Shown here: positions 6,346 through 14,346 of the stretch, in pieces | How the letters are laid out: each line of letters begins with the position of its first letter | Numbering within the stretch: the first letter of the stretch is position 1 | Origin: an uncultured virus (IMG/VR IMGVR_UViG_3300028454_001266) | Taxonomy: Duplodnaviria; Heunggongvirae; Uroviricota; Caudoviricetes | Virus record (IMG/VR): IMGVR_UViG_3300028454_001266 | Reading direction: 5' to 3' (one strand) | DNA length: 20,000 nt | The notes under the pieces: model-generated | Told to the model about the DNA's origin: nothing | The model's database searches: none | The model's input: only the letters and a program-made list of their open reading frames with translations | Made by a program: the position numbers and the translations under genes

Positions 6346-9204
6346 TTATGTGGCATCGCTCACCATCTGGCTCAGCTCGAAGCGATCCGTCGTGATGAGC
6401 TGTTTTTCGAGCTTTGAGGCCTTGAACTCGACCGTGATATGGTTACTGTTCGTGCTGATCAGGCCATTGCCGCGCTCAAAGCGGGTGATGTTGGAAACCT
6501 CGGCGTCCGTCAGCTTCAGAGTGTCCTGGACGCGCATGGCCTCGTCGTCCTCAAGGTTGAGAATGATTTTGGTTTTGGCGTTGTTGATAATGCCTTTGCC
6601 GTATTTGCCGCCGTCCAGAGCCAGAAAATCATTTAAGTCCTGCGTCGCCGCGATTGCCGCGCCGCCATACCCTCGAATGATTTTGAAGATCTCAAGGCAG
6701 AACTCTGCTGCCATTGCGTTGCTCCCGGCTCCGACAAGCTGCCAGATCTCGTCGATGAAGATGGCTTTTTCCACTGTGCGGTCTTCTTTTGCCTTATCCC
6801 AAACGAAATCCAGAGCAACAAACATGCCAACGGTCAGCAGGTCTCCGGTCAATTCGGAGATATCGAGGACAGTATATGGGTTCGACAGGTCTACATTGGT
6901 CTGCTGATTGAACGTCTTCGCGCTGCCATGGACCAGCCGGTTGAGGATGTTGCCCATGCGCCGGGTCTCCGGGGATTCCATGAGCAGGTTGTAGACATCC
7001 TCCAGAAGCGGCATCTCGCGGTACTTTGCCGGGTTGCCGGGGTCGATCAGAGAGTCATTGTCGTGGGTGATGCCCTTGCCGGCATAGGTTCGGATTAGGG
7101 TTTCGTCCAGGAGCTGCTTCTCCTCATGGTTCATGTCCGGAATCAGCAGCGAGAAGAAGATGTGCAGCTGCTGGATCTTCCGGGCGAGGATGGAGTTCTC
7201 ATTGATTACGCCGTCGATGATCGCGTTTGCGGTCTGATCCACACGCCGAATCTCCATGATGTTGATGCACTGCTTGGAGGCTGGGCTGATGCTGATGAAC
7301 TCGCCGCCCACATTCTTGCAGGCGCGCAGGAACTCGTGGCCTTTGAGCGGCGCGATGATATAGATTTGCGTGCCCTTGCGCCGCATCCTGAGCGCCATCA
7401 GCTGCATCGTGAAGGTCTTTCCGGCTCCCGAGGTGCCGATAATCGCCAGATTAGCGTTCTTATAGACTCTGCTGTTGAAAATGTCTACGATCACCAAACT
7501 GTTGTTGTGTTTGTTCACGCCGAGCAGGATGCCGTTCTCGTCGGACATTTCGTAGCTTGTGAACGGATAGCAGCTTGCGGCGGCGGATGTCAGCATGTTC
7601 CGCTTGCTGCGCTCAAACAGCTTCTTGTTGAGGCTGCAAAACGGCATGACAGAGCGCATGGCGTCCTCCTGCCGGAAGAAGCAGACACGGACATCCATAT
7701 CCTGAGACACCATGAGCCGATGCACCTCTGCGATGCGCCACTCCAGATTTTCTGCGGAGTCTGCGGTTACGGTCACGAGGATGCTCGCATAGTAGAAGTC
7801 CTCGTAGTTCGAGAGCCCCTGCTTGAGGAAGTAGCCGGATCGAATCGCACTGTCGATGTCGTCGAAGTCCGTGTTCGTGTCGCTGGCGTCCTTGATTCGG
7901 CTGCGGTTGATGCGGATCTGCTGGCCGAGCTTCGACTGGATGCGTTCCTTCGGCTCGCGCTCGAAGAAGAAGTCAATGTCGATGCCCTCTCCGGCATTTA
8001 CCAGAAGCGACGTCCAGCCTGCAACCACGCGGGGGTTGTAACCGGCGGACGGGACGATCAGATACGCGTGGTAGATACCGTCCATCACGACATATGAGCC
8101 ACGCCGCAGGTCAACGCACTCAGGAGCGAGGATTTTGGACGGCGTGAGCTCGTCGGAGGCGTTCTGGAACCGAAGCTGGCGAACACGCTCAGCCAGTGGC
8201 ACCGCCTCGCTGGTCTCGCGGTTGAAGAACGTGTAGAGGACGTCCATCAGGAAGGCGTCCTCGTCGTCGTGGGTGACTACCACGTTGTCGCAGTGCAGAA
8301 AATATTGCTTGGCGGTGCGAGCGGCGGTCTCCAGCGTGGAGACGATCTCGGCATAGTCGTTCTTGCGGTTGTTGAACGCCGGCTCGTACTCAAAGATGAG
8401 CAGGAACCGGCGTGTGATTGCCTCGCGGGTGCCGATGTTCTTGATTAGGTTGTAGTAGTCCATTTGCAGCTCCCGGCACTTGGGATCGGTCTCCCGCGCC
8501 ATGTCACGCTCAATGGCCCGGAGGTGCTTGCTAATATCAGCTTTCTTCGTCAGAACCTTGATTTGGAGCTTGACCGGGCTGATCTTGAGCCAGCTCGCGA
8601 ACGCTGAGACGATGTTCTTCTGCTCGCGCGCGCTGCGCAGGAGGAAGTTGATCGGCTCGACCTCAAGGATCTTGATGTACCGATCATCGGTTGTGTGGAT
8701 GATCCCGTTCTGGATCTCCGCCACCGGGATCAGGTCTTCGGTTGTCGATTCCTTCTTGCCTCGTCGCTTCACGGGCAGTGCCCGCTTGACAGAGCGTGTG
8801 GCGGGTGGCTGCTGGCGGATTGAGATTCCGAGCTGCTCGGGCGGCGTATGCACGGCGCGGGAGCTGGGCGTGTCCAGGGGCACGCTGCCGGGATCGGTGT
8901 CGCTGCGGAACAGGACACGCTGGTTGAAGAGCCACTTGACCCAGTTCAGAACGAACTCTGAGAGCGAGTCACCCTCCAAACCGACGATGCCGAACACGCC
9001 AAGGGGCAGCGGAATCAGGCAGAGGAGAATGATGCGGGCGGTCAGGGACAGCGGCAGCTTGATGATCGGAATGCCGGAAAAAAGAACGAGTACGCAGGCT
9101 TCAATCGCGTTGCGTACTCGTATCGCGCCGCCGAACAGACGCCCGCTGGTGAGGAAGTTCGGCGGGATGTAATAGACATCTCTGTTTTCTTCATTGTGGT
9201 TCAT
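6346..9204 (-). CDS. virB4: VirB4-family conjugal transfer ATPase with fused N-terminal PrgI/VirB3-like domain
   Basis: Walker A GTSGAGKT, Walker B 'IFIDEIW', 'RGYGG', 'ATQD'. The N-terminal 'YYIPPNF...RNAIEA' plus two TM segments is PrgI-like. GGAGG RBS. Confidence 0.95.
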   Translation of the reverse strand: MNHNEENRDVYYIPPNFLTSGRLFGGAIRVRNAIEACVLVLFSGIPIIKLPLSLTARIILLCLIPLPLGVFGIVGLEGDSLSEFVLNWVKWLFNQRVLFRSDTDPGSVPLDTPSSRAVHTPPEQLGISIRQQPPATRSVKRALPVKRRGKKESTTEDLIPVAEIQNGIIHTTDDRYIKILEVEPINFLLRSAREQKNIVSAFASWLKISPVKLQIKVLTKKADISKHLRAIERDMARETDPKCRELQMDYYNLIKNIGTREAITRRFLLIFEYEPAFNNRKNDYAEIVSTLETAARTAKQYFLHCDNVVVTHDDEDAFLMDVLYTFFNRETSEAVPLAERVRQLRFQNASDELTPSKILAPECVDLRRGSYVVMDGIYHAYLIVPSAGYNPRVVAGWTSLLVNAGEGIDIDFFFEREPKERIQSKLGQQIRINRSRIKDASDTNTDFDDIDSAIRSGYFLKQGLSNYEDFYYASILVTVTADSAENLEWRIAEVHRLMVSQDMDVRVCFFRQEDAMRSVMPFCSLNKKLFERSKRNMLTSAAASCYPFTSYEMSDENGILLGVNKHNNSLVIVDIFNSRVYKNANLAIIGTSGAGKTFTMQLMALRMRRKGTQIYIIAPLKGHEFLRACKNVGGEFISISPASKQCINIMEIRRVDQTANAIIDGVINENSILARKIQQLHIFFSLLIPDMNHEEKQLLDETLIRTYAGKGITHDNDSLIDPGNPAKYREMPLLEDVYNLLMESPETRRMGNILNRLVHGSAKTFNQQTNVDLSNPYTVLDISELTGDLLTVGMFVALDFVWDKAKEDRTVEKAIFIDEIWQLVGAGSNAMAAEFCLEIFKIIRGYGGAAIAATQDLNDFLALDGGKYGKGIINNAKTKIILNLEDDEAMRVQDTLKLTDAEVSNITRFERGNGLISTNSNHITVEFKASKLEKQLITTDRFELSQMVSDAT

Positions 9205-9216
9205 GATTACCTCCGC

Positions 9217-10566
9217 TCAGTTGCTGATGATCCAGAACGGACAGTCGCCGGAAGCGTTTCGGCTGGCTTCGGAGGTTATGATCGCCATATCCCATTCCGT
9301 GCCGGATCTGCTGCGGCTTGCGGGATCGGCGACCAGCACCTTGCCGTCCGATGTTACTCCGCGCAGGACGATGAAGTGGCCGTGCTTGGTGAAATGCCCC
9401 GGCCCCATGATCGCCACGACGAGCTTCCCGCTGGAGAGCGCGTCAATAAGCGGCTGCGGACTGGTACGAGGCGAGGCGGTTACGCTCAGGCCCCACGCCT
9501 GCGCAGCGCCGGTGACAACTGAGTTGTACGATCCGCTCTTGCTGCACCAGTGCCCGTTCTCATACGCCCACTGCGCCATGTGCGGCGGGTCCACGGTCTC
9601 GGAGGTCAGGCTGGAGACTACCATCGCCATGGATGTCGGGCCGCAGCCGTAATGCCCGATGTCGTCGGTGCCGTAGGGCAGATCCTTCCAACGCTCGTCC
9701 ATCTGGTTGTAGTAGACGACCGGCGTAGACCCGTCTGAGAATACCACACCGACGTAGGAGACGCCCAAAGACGTGAACTCGGTGTCCGAGAGCCCCTGAT
9801 AGCTGCCGTCGCTGAGCAGCACCGACAGATTCTGGGCATAGTTGACAGCCAGACTTTTCTGGGCATCGGTCAGGGAGAAGATGCTGTCCTCGAAGTACGC
9901 CTCGCCGTTATATGAAATGGTATAAATACGGACAGTGATGGTTATCTTCTCGACTTCGTGGGTCTCGGGATCGGGCTCACCGTCCACCTCACGCTGCTCG
10001 TCACGATAGGTGAATGAGTAGAACTTGTCCTTGTTGTCACGGATCAGCGTCAGCAGTTCGTCCTTGGAGATGGACTCGACATCCGCATCTTTGCTGGCAC
10101 AGTACATCGAAATGAAGTAGTTCGCGTTGAAGCGGACGTCCGAGCCATACGGATTATTGATCTCTTTCTGATCACAGCCGGACGCGGCGAAGTCCGCGTC
10201 AATGCGCTCCAGAACGTCAGCAAGGCCCTCGGAAAGCACTGAGCTGATGCCGTTGTTCAATTCGATCATGTTCTGCGTCAGCACCTCGCCGTCCGCGATC
10301 CCGTTCTTGGTATCTGACCCGTCACCGAAGATTGCGCCGAATATGATGGTCGGGAGCATAGCGATGATGATGACGGGGATCAGCAGCACACAGGCAATGG
10401 GTATCAGCCACTTCTTCTTGTTCTTTCCAGCGAGGAGGGCTGCTCCAGACAGTCCGCCTGAAGCAGCCCCCTTGACGATGTTCGATACCGCTTTGCCTGT
10501 CTTGGCGGCGGCTTTGGCTGAGGAACCCAGCGAGTTGCGCTGCTCCTGAGTATCTTCGGTTGACAT
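9217..10566 (-). CDS. Membrane-anchored C39-like cysteine peptidase (putative conjugative cell-wall hydrolase, VirB1 role)
   Basis: N-terminal TM; 'YYNQMD..W...YG', 'GCGPTSMAMV', 'GHFIVL', 'VADP' give a Cys-His-Asp triad. TAATG coupling to the upstream gene. Confidence 0.9.
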   Translation of the reverse strand: MSTEDTQEQRNSLGSSAKAAAKTGKAVSNIVKGAASGGLSGAALLAGKNKKKWLIPIACVLLIPVIIIAMLPTIIFGAIFGDGSDTKNGIADGEVLTQNMIELNNGISSVLSEGLADVLERIDADFAASGCDQKEINNPYGSDVRFNANYFISMYCASKDADVESISKDELLTLIRDNKDKFYSFTYRDEQREVDGEPDPETHEVEKITITVRIYTISYNGEAYFEDSIFSLTDAQKSLAVNYAQNLSVLLSDGSYQGLSDTEFTSLGVSYVGVVFSDGSTPVVYYNQMDERWKDLPYGTDDIGHYGCGPTSMAMVVSSLTSETVDPPHMAQWAYENGHWCSKSGSYNSVVTGAAQAWGLSVTASPRTSPQPLIDALSSGKLVVAIMGPGHFTKHGHFIVLRGVTSDGKVLVADPASRSRSGTEWDMAIITSEASRNASGDCPFWIISN

Positions 10567-12233
10567 TACACTCGATCCTTTCTCTTCGGAATCTGGGGCA
10601 TGGTCTGCACGATCTTCTCATCGTAACGGATCTTGCCCGGACTCACTTCTTTCGGAGTCTTCTGGACGGTCGGCTGGGCGTACTGCTTGTACCAGCTTTC
10701 GCCGTCCGTGGTCTTGACCGTCTCATGCGGGCCGGAAGGCTCCATGTACTGCGAGGCATTGTACATCGCAAATTGGCGTTCTTCGCCGCCGCCTGCCGGG
10801 GTCTCGTAACCGGTGATGCGCCCTCCGCCGATCTCCACATTACGGAATGTCGGCGGCGCTTGCGGGATGCTTCCGCTCTGGCCCTCGATGCTGGAAGCAG
10901 CCTGACCGCCGGACGCGGTTCGAGCTCTGGAAACGGTTGGTTGCTGATCCTGAGCAGTCTGCTCTGCCTGAGAACTGGGGACATCGTAGGTCCCCGCGCT
11001 TCCGCCGCTCAGGGTCACGGTGTCCTCGGGAGGCGTGCTCCCGCTGTAAGGTACACCGGGGAACTCAGTGGGCGGCTCGTCGGCTGCCTCGGATGTCTCG
11101 GATGCAACGGGCATGGGTGTAACAGTCGGCTGCCCGGGAACAGACATGCCGCCAGTTGTCCCGGTCATGGGAGAACCGGTCTGCTGTCTGGGAGATACGG
11201 AAACGTCAGACGCGGGACTGCCGGGATACGGAATAGCTGCGCCGCCAGCTGCCGCCGCAGCTCCGCCGTCAGGTGTGATGATGTCCTCAGGCGCGGAATT
11301 GGAGACACCGGGGAACTCGCTCGGCGGCTCATCCGCCACGGAGCCCGCATCCGATGTGCTGACGGGCGCGCCGCCAGGAACGGGCACGGATTCGGATGCC
11401 TGCGTGGGAGATTGTGTGCTTGTGGGCGCGCCTGTGCCGGACATCGGAACGGAAGTGCCCCTGCCGGGAGGCGTCTGACCGGTGACGGGGATGCCTGCGT
11501 CGGATGCCTGACCGCGCTCGCTTGCTACAGGATCGCCGCCTTCCACCGACACGACATTCTCAATGGAGTCGCCGCTGTTCTGGGATTCATAGCCGAGATA
11601 GCTTGTCAGGGCTTGCGCGGCGCGCGGGCCGGTGATGGAGCCTACTGCGGAGATGCTGCCCGTGGCAACAGCCCCGATGACATTCTTGGAGAATTGCCCG
11701 TCGTGCTTCAGGCTGCTGTCGAACATAGCGCCTCCGATGCTGTTCCTGACGCCTTTCGCGGTTCCAGTGGCGCTCGCGGCCGCGGCGTTGCCGGCTGCCC
11801 TGCTGATGGAGCCGATCATGCCTCCGCCCGTGCCAGTGAAGGCTTGCCCGGCAGGAGGCGACGCGGCGTTTTTGACCGTGCTGCCACGGTTGAAGATGTT
11901 CCCGACCGCGCTCCCGGAAGTTTTCGCGGCGAGGCCGAGCGCGCGTCCGGCGATCAGCAACTCGCCAAGCATACTGCCGCCTGTCCGCCCGACGTTGATC
12001 CCGAGGCTCGTCATGAAGCTGTCGATCTTCTGGCTGATCTTCAGGAACGCGACCGCACAGAGGAACCAAATGAAGACGTTCCCTGACACCTGCTCGCTGC
12101 TCGATGCCGCGATTGCGCTTTGGACTTCGGATTCGTCCAGAGCGAAGGCGGAAGTTGTAAGCAGCGCCGAAATCAGAAATGGCGGGATTAGAAACGAAAA
12201 ATGCCCGCAGCGGGGCGGGCTTGACCTGTTCAT
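10566..12233 (-). CDS. Membrane protein resembling the C-terminal half of VirB6-like proteins, with a long Pro/Ser/Gly/Thr-rich region
   Basis: Signal-like N-terminus, then 'VFIWFLCAVAFLKISQKIDSFMTSLGINVGRTGG', Gly/Ala-rich and low-complexity segments, and a folded C-terminal domain. AGGAGG RBS. Confidence 0.85.
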   Translation of the reverse strand: MNRSSPPRCGHFSFLIPPFLISALLTTSAFALDESEVQSAIAASSSEQVSGNVFIWFLCAVAFLKISQKIDSFMTSLGINVGRTGGSMLGELLIAGRALGLAAKTSGSAVGNIFNRGSTVKNAASPPAGQAFTGTGGGMIGSISRAAGNAAAASATGTAKGVRNSIGGAMFDSSLKHDGQFSKNVIGAVATGSISAVGSITGPRAAQALTSYLGYESQNSGDSIENVVSVEGGDPVASERGQASDAGIPVTGQTPPGRGTSVPMSGTGAPTSTQSPTQASESVPVPGGAPVSTSDAGSVADEPPSEFPGVSNSAPEDIITPDGGAAAAAGGAAIPYPGSPASDVSVSPRQQTGSPMTGTTGGMSVPGQPTVTPMPVASETSEAADEPPTEFPGVPYSGSTPPEDTVTLSGGSAGTYDVPSSQAEQTAQDQQPTVSRARTASGGQAASSIEGQSGSIPQAPPTFRNVEIGGGRITGYETPAGGGEERQFAMYNASQYMEPSGPHETVKTTDGESWYKQYAQPTVQKTPKEVSPGKIRYDEKIVQTMPQIPKRKDRV

Positions 12234-12248
12234 ATGTGCCTCTCCTCC

Positions 12249-12959
12249 TTAGAACGATAGGGGATTTGCAAGGAATGTGCCCACCATGGACACGAAGAGC
12301 CGCAGACACCACGCGTTCATAATCAGCAGGAAGAGCTGACCGCCCAGCATCCGGCACCATGCGCTGAAGATGTTCGAGGTGTTCTCGGAAGCGCCGGTAG
12401 CGAAAGCCATCGGTGCCGTGTATACGAGGACACCAACCATGATATAGCGCTCAGCGGCCTCGAAGAGCAGCTTGATGTAGTTCCAGGCGATGATGATCAC
12501 GAGGATCAGCACGATCAAGCTGACGGAACTGCTTGTCAGGCACCCGACGATGACCGTCATCGTGCTGGCAAAGCTGGCGAAGCTGATGCTGGGAAGCGAT
12601 GCGTCTACGACCCATGAATACGGTGTTCCTGCGATGCGCAGGATGAGCGCGACGATCTGATCCGAGAAATATGCGAGGAACAGAAACAGGATTGATCGGA
12701 TGCCGAGCTTAACCGGGTCCTCCGCACTGAGGCCGATGCCCGCTCCAAAGTTCTTGAATAGCTGCCAGACCAGATTCAGTAGGATGAACCCCATCGCCAT
12801 CGCCACAAAGACGTGGTACAGGGTCTCGGCTGCGGGGAAATACCGAAGGAACGTACCCATATCGCAGCCGAGCGCCCCGAGCACGGAGCCAGTGATGATG
12901 TCGAGGAGGTTCATGATCTGTTCGGCAATCCACTCAACGATGCTGTCAAGAATGCCCAT
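12249..12959 (-). CDS. VirB6/TrbL-like polytopic membrane protein (N-terminal half)
   Basis: About 5-6 TM segments and 'AERY...VLVYTAPMAFA...TSNIFSAWCRMLGGQLFLL', typical of Gram-positive VirB6 homologues. AAGGAGG RBS. Confidence 0.85.
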   Translation of the reverse strand: MGILDSIVEWIAEQIMNLLDIITGSVLGALGCDMGTFLRYFPAAETLYHVFVAMAMGFILLNLVWQLFKNFGAGIGLSAEDPVKLGIRSILFLFLAYFSDQIVALILRIAGTPYSWVVDASLPSISFASFASTMTVIVGCLTSSSVSLIVLILVIIIAWNYIKLLFEAAERYIMVGVLVYTAPMAFATGASENTSNIFSAWCRMLGGQLFLLIMNAWCLRLFVSMVGTFLANPLSF

Positions 12960-12980
12960 TCTCGCGCCTCCTTGACCGGA

Positions 12981-13091
12981 TCAGAAGCTGTCCTCATCCA
13001 GAATCTCGAACGGAATGAGACGCGCGGCGGTCAGGGTGAGCCAGATACCGGCAATCACGCCGCCAATCAGGTAGATGATCTTACTTTTCAT
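12981..13091 (-). CDS. 36-aa single-TM peptide MKSKIIYLIGGVIAGIWLTLTAARLIPFEILDEDSF
   Basis: GAAAGGA RBS; basic N-terminus, hydrophobic helix and acidic tail; fills the gap between the pilin and VirB6-like genes. Confidence 0.7.
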   Translation of the reverse strand: MKSKIIYLIGGVIAGIWLTLTAARLIPFEILDEDSF

Positions 13092-13119
13092 GTTGTTGTC
13101 CTTTCTCAGATGGTTGTTT

Positions 13120-13509
13120 TCAGGTCGCGGTCCAGGTGCCGCCGCTGAAGAACGGCGTGACATACGCCATGATGAAGCCCAGAGAGTTAAGAATCGCCCA
13201 AGTAATGATGATGCGCTTGAGCCATGCTCTGGATTCATCAACGGTTTTGCCGGACTTGGAGAAGTTCATCAGCAGAAGCGCGATGCTCGCGGTGACGACC
13301 GCAGCGACGGTGGAGATGCCGAGAACCTGCGTGTACACGTCCTTCATGATCTCGCTGGCTTTGGTCCAGATCGTATCGGCAGCGAACGCGCCGGCCGAGA
13401 AGACAGGCAGCATCGAACTGACCATGAACACGGCGAACAGGGCTCTGCCGACGTTCGGATGGGGGTTGGCCTCGGCAACACGGCGCTGAGGCACGGATTT
13501 GAGACTCAT
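13120..13509 (-). CDS. VirB2/TrbC-like pilin subunit
   Basis: Leader ending 'AFA', amphipathic helix, TM, basic loop 'DESRAWLKRII', second TM. AGGAGGT RBS at 13519-13525. First gene of the transfer operon. Confidence 0.8.
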   Translation of the reverse strand: MSLKSVPQRRVAEANPHPNVGRALFAVFMVSSMLPVFSAGAFAADTIWTKASEIMKDVYTQVLGISTVAAVVTASIALLLMNFSKSGKTVDESRAWLKRIIITWAILNSLGFIMAYVTPFFSGGTWTAT

Positions 13510-13546
13510 GGTTGTTTTACCTCCTAAATTTGATGGCTCGGAATGC

Positions 13547-13596
13547 AAGAAAGCCCGGCAGCAGCTTGACAGTGCGATCAGCTGCTATCCGGGCTT
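13547..13596 (-). terminator. Long leader hairpin with short U tail
   Basis: AAGCCCGG/CCGGGCTT and AGCAGCT/AGCTGCT stems, followed on the minus strand by TTTCTT. Confidence 0.55.
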
Positions 13597-13609
13597 CCTC
13601 ATGCCAACG

Positions 13610-13633
13610 AAAAAACCGCCTTTTCACAGGCGG
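13610..13633 (-). terminator. Intrinsic terminator in the leader of the transfer operon
   Basis: Minus strand reads CCGCCT-GTGAAA-AGGCGG-TTTTTT. Confidence 0.7.
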
Positions 13634-13662
13634 CCTCGGTGGTTGCATTTTTGAGCGTGGAT

Positions 13663-13691
13663 ATCTTACCACATAAATAGTGCGGTTGCAA
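13663..13691 (-). promoter_or_regulatory. sigma70/sigmaA promoter of the transfer operon
   Basis: Minus strand reads TTGCAA-17 nt-TAAGAT, with TG in the extended -10 position. Confidence 0.7.
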
Positions 13692-13701
13692 TCAGGAACC
13701 A

Positions 13702-13741
13702 GTACGGATTTTGTACGGAATGAGTACGGATTCAGTCCGGC
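13702..13741. repeat. Helically phased direct repeats GTACGGA x3 (11-bp period) plus a degenerate fourth; candidate activator site
   Basis: GTACGGA at 13702, 13713 and 13724, GTCCGGC at 13735; begins 10 bp upstream of the -35 box. Confidence 0.85.
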
Positions 13742-14346
13742 AGGAAATCCCGCACGATTTCGGCACAGTCCCGGGCGGTGTAGCCCCAGAGAATCCGATC
13801 CAGAGCGGTGATGGACTCCTTGAGCCAGACGTGATACGTCGTGGCGGACATCGGGTAGCCGTCCTCGTCGAGAGCACGGAGGATCTCGTCCCTGTTCTTC
13901 GGCTTATGCGGAGTAAAGTACGTTTCGCGCAGCAACTGGTACATCTTCTCGCCGCAGTCTGGGTCCAAACGCACACTTTCAAGGGCGTGATTGATGATTT
14001 CCAGCATGGTCTTGCTCCGAACTAGACTCCGCGTATAGCTCTCGACTTTCGTGTTGCTCAGGTCGATGCCCGCAAGCTCGGCGTTGATCTTGAATGTGGA
14101 AAAATGCATTCCATGCTCCAGCTCCATCCGCAGATTCAGCTCGGATTCGGACATCTGAATTGCATACGCGACGCGGCGGTACTGCCGAAGCAGCTTTTTC
14201 GTGTTGTGGAAATGATCCTGACGCTGTGGCGTCTCGACACCGGCGAGCTTATCCACAGCAGTTTGGAGGCTTTCTTCCATGTCCGACATAGCAGCCTCCT
14301 TCTCAAGCGCTGTTGCCGGACGGCTGTGCTTCTTTTGAACTGGCAT
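13732..14346 (-). CDS. ArpU/RinA-like (phage late activator-like) transcriptional regulator
   Basis: 'FHNTKKLLRQYR', 'RSKTMLEIINHAL', 'YQLLRETY' and a C-terminal HTH 'EILRAL...SATTYHVWLKESITALDRILWG'. AAGGAGG RBS before ATG 14346. Confidence 0.75.
   Translation of the reverse strand: MPVQKKHSRPATALEKEAAMSDMEESLQTAVDKLAGVETPQRQDHFHNTKKLLRQYRRVAYAIQMSESELNLRMELEHGMHFSTFKINAELAGIDLSNTKVESYTRSLVRSKTMLEIINHALESVRLDPDCGEKMYQLLRETYFTPHKPKNRDEILRALDEDGYPMSATTYHVWLKESITALDRILWGYTARDCAEIVRDFLPD

Noticed and set aside
7126..12086. Long plus-strand ORFs (7126-8097, 8480-9172, 10560-12086 and others)
   Set aside because: Antisense to well-supported virB4, peptidase and membrane-protein genes; composition typical of shadow frames
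13510..13660. Known riboswitch (for example c-di-GMP) in the leader
   Set aside because: No recognisable aptamer consensus, and too little sequence precedes the first hairpin
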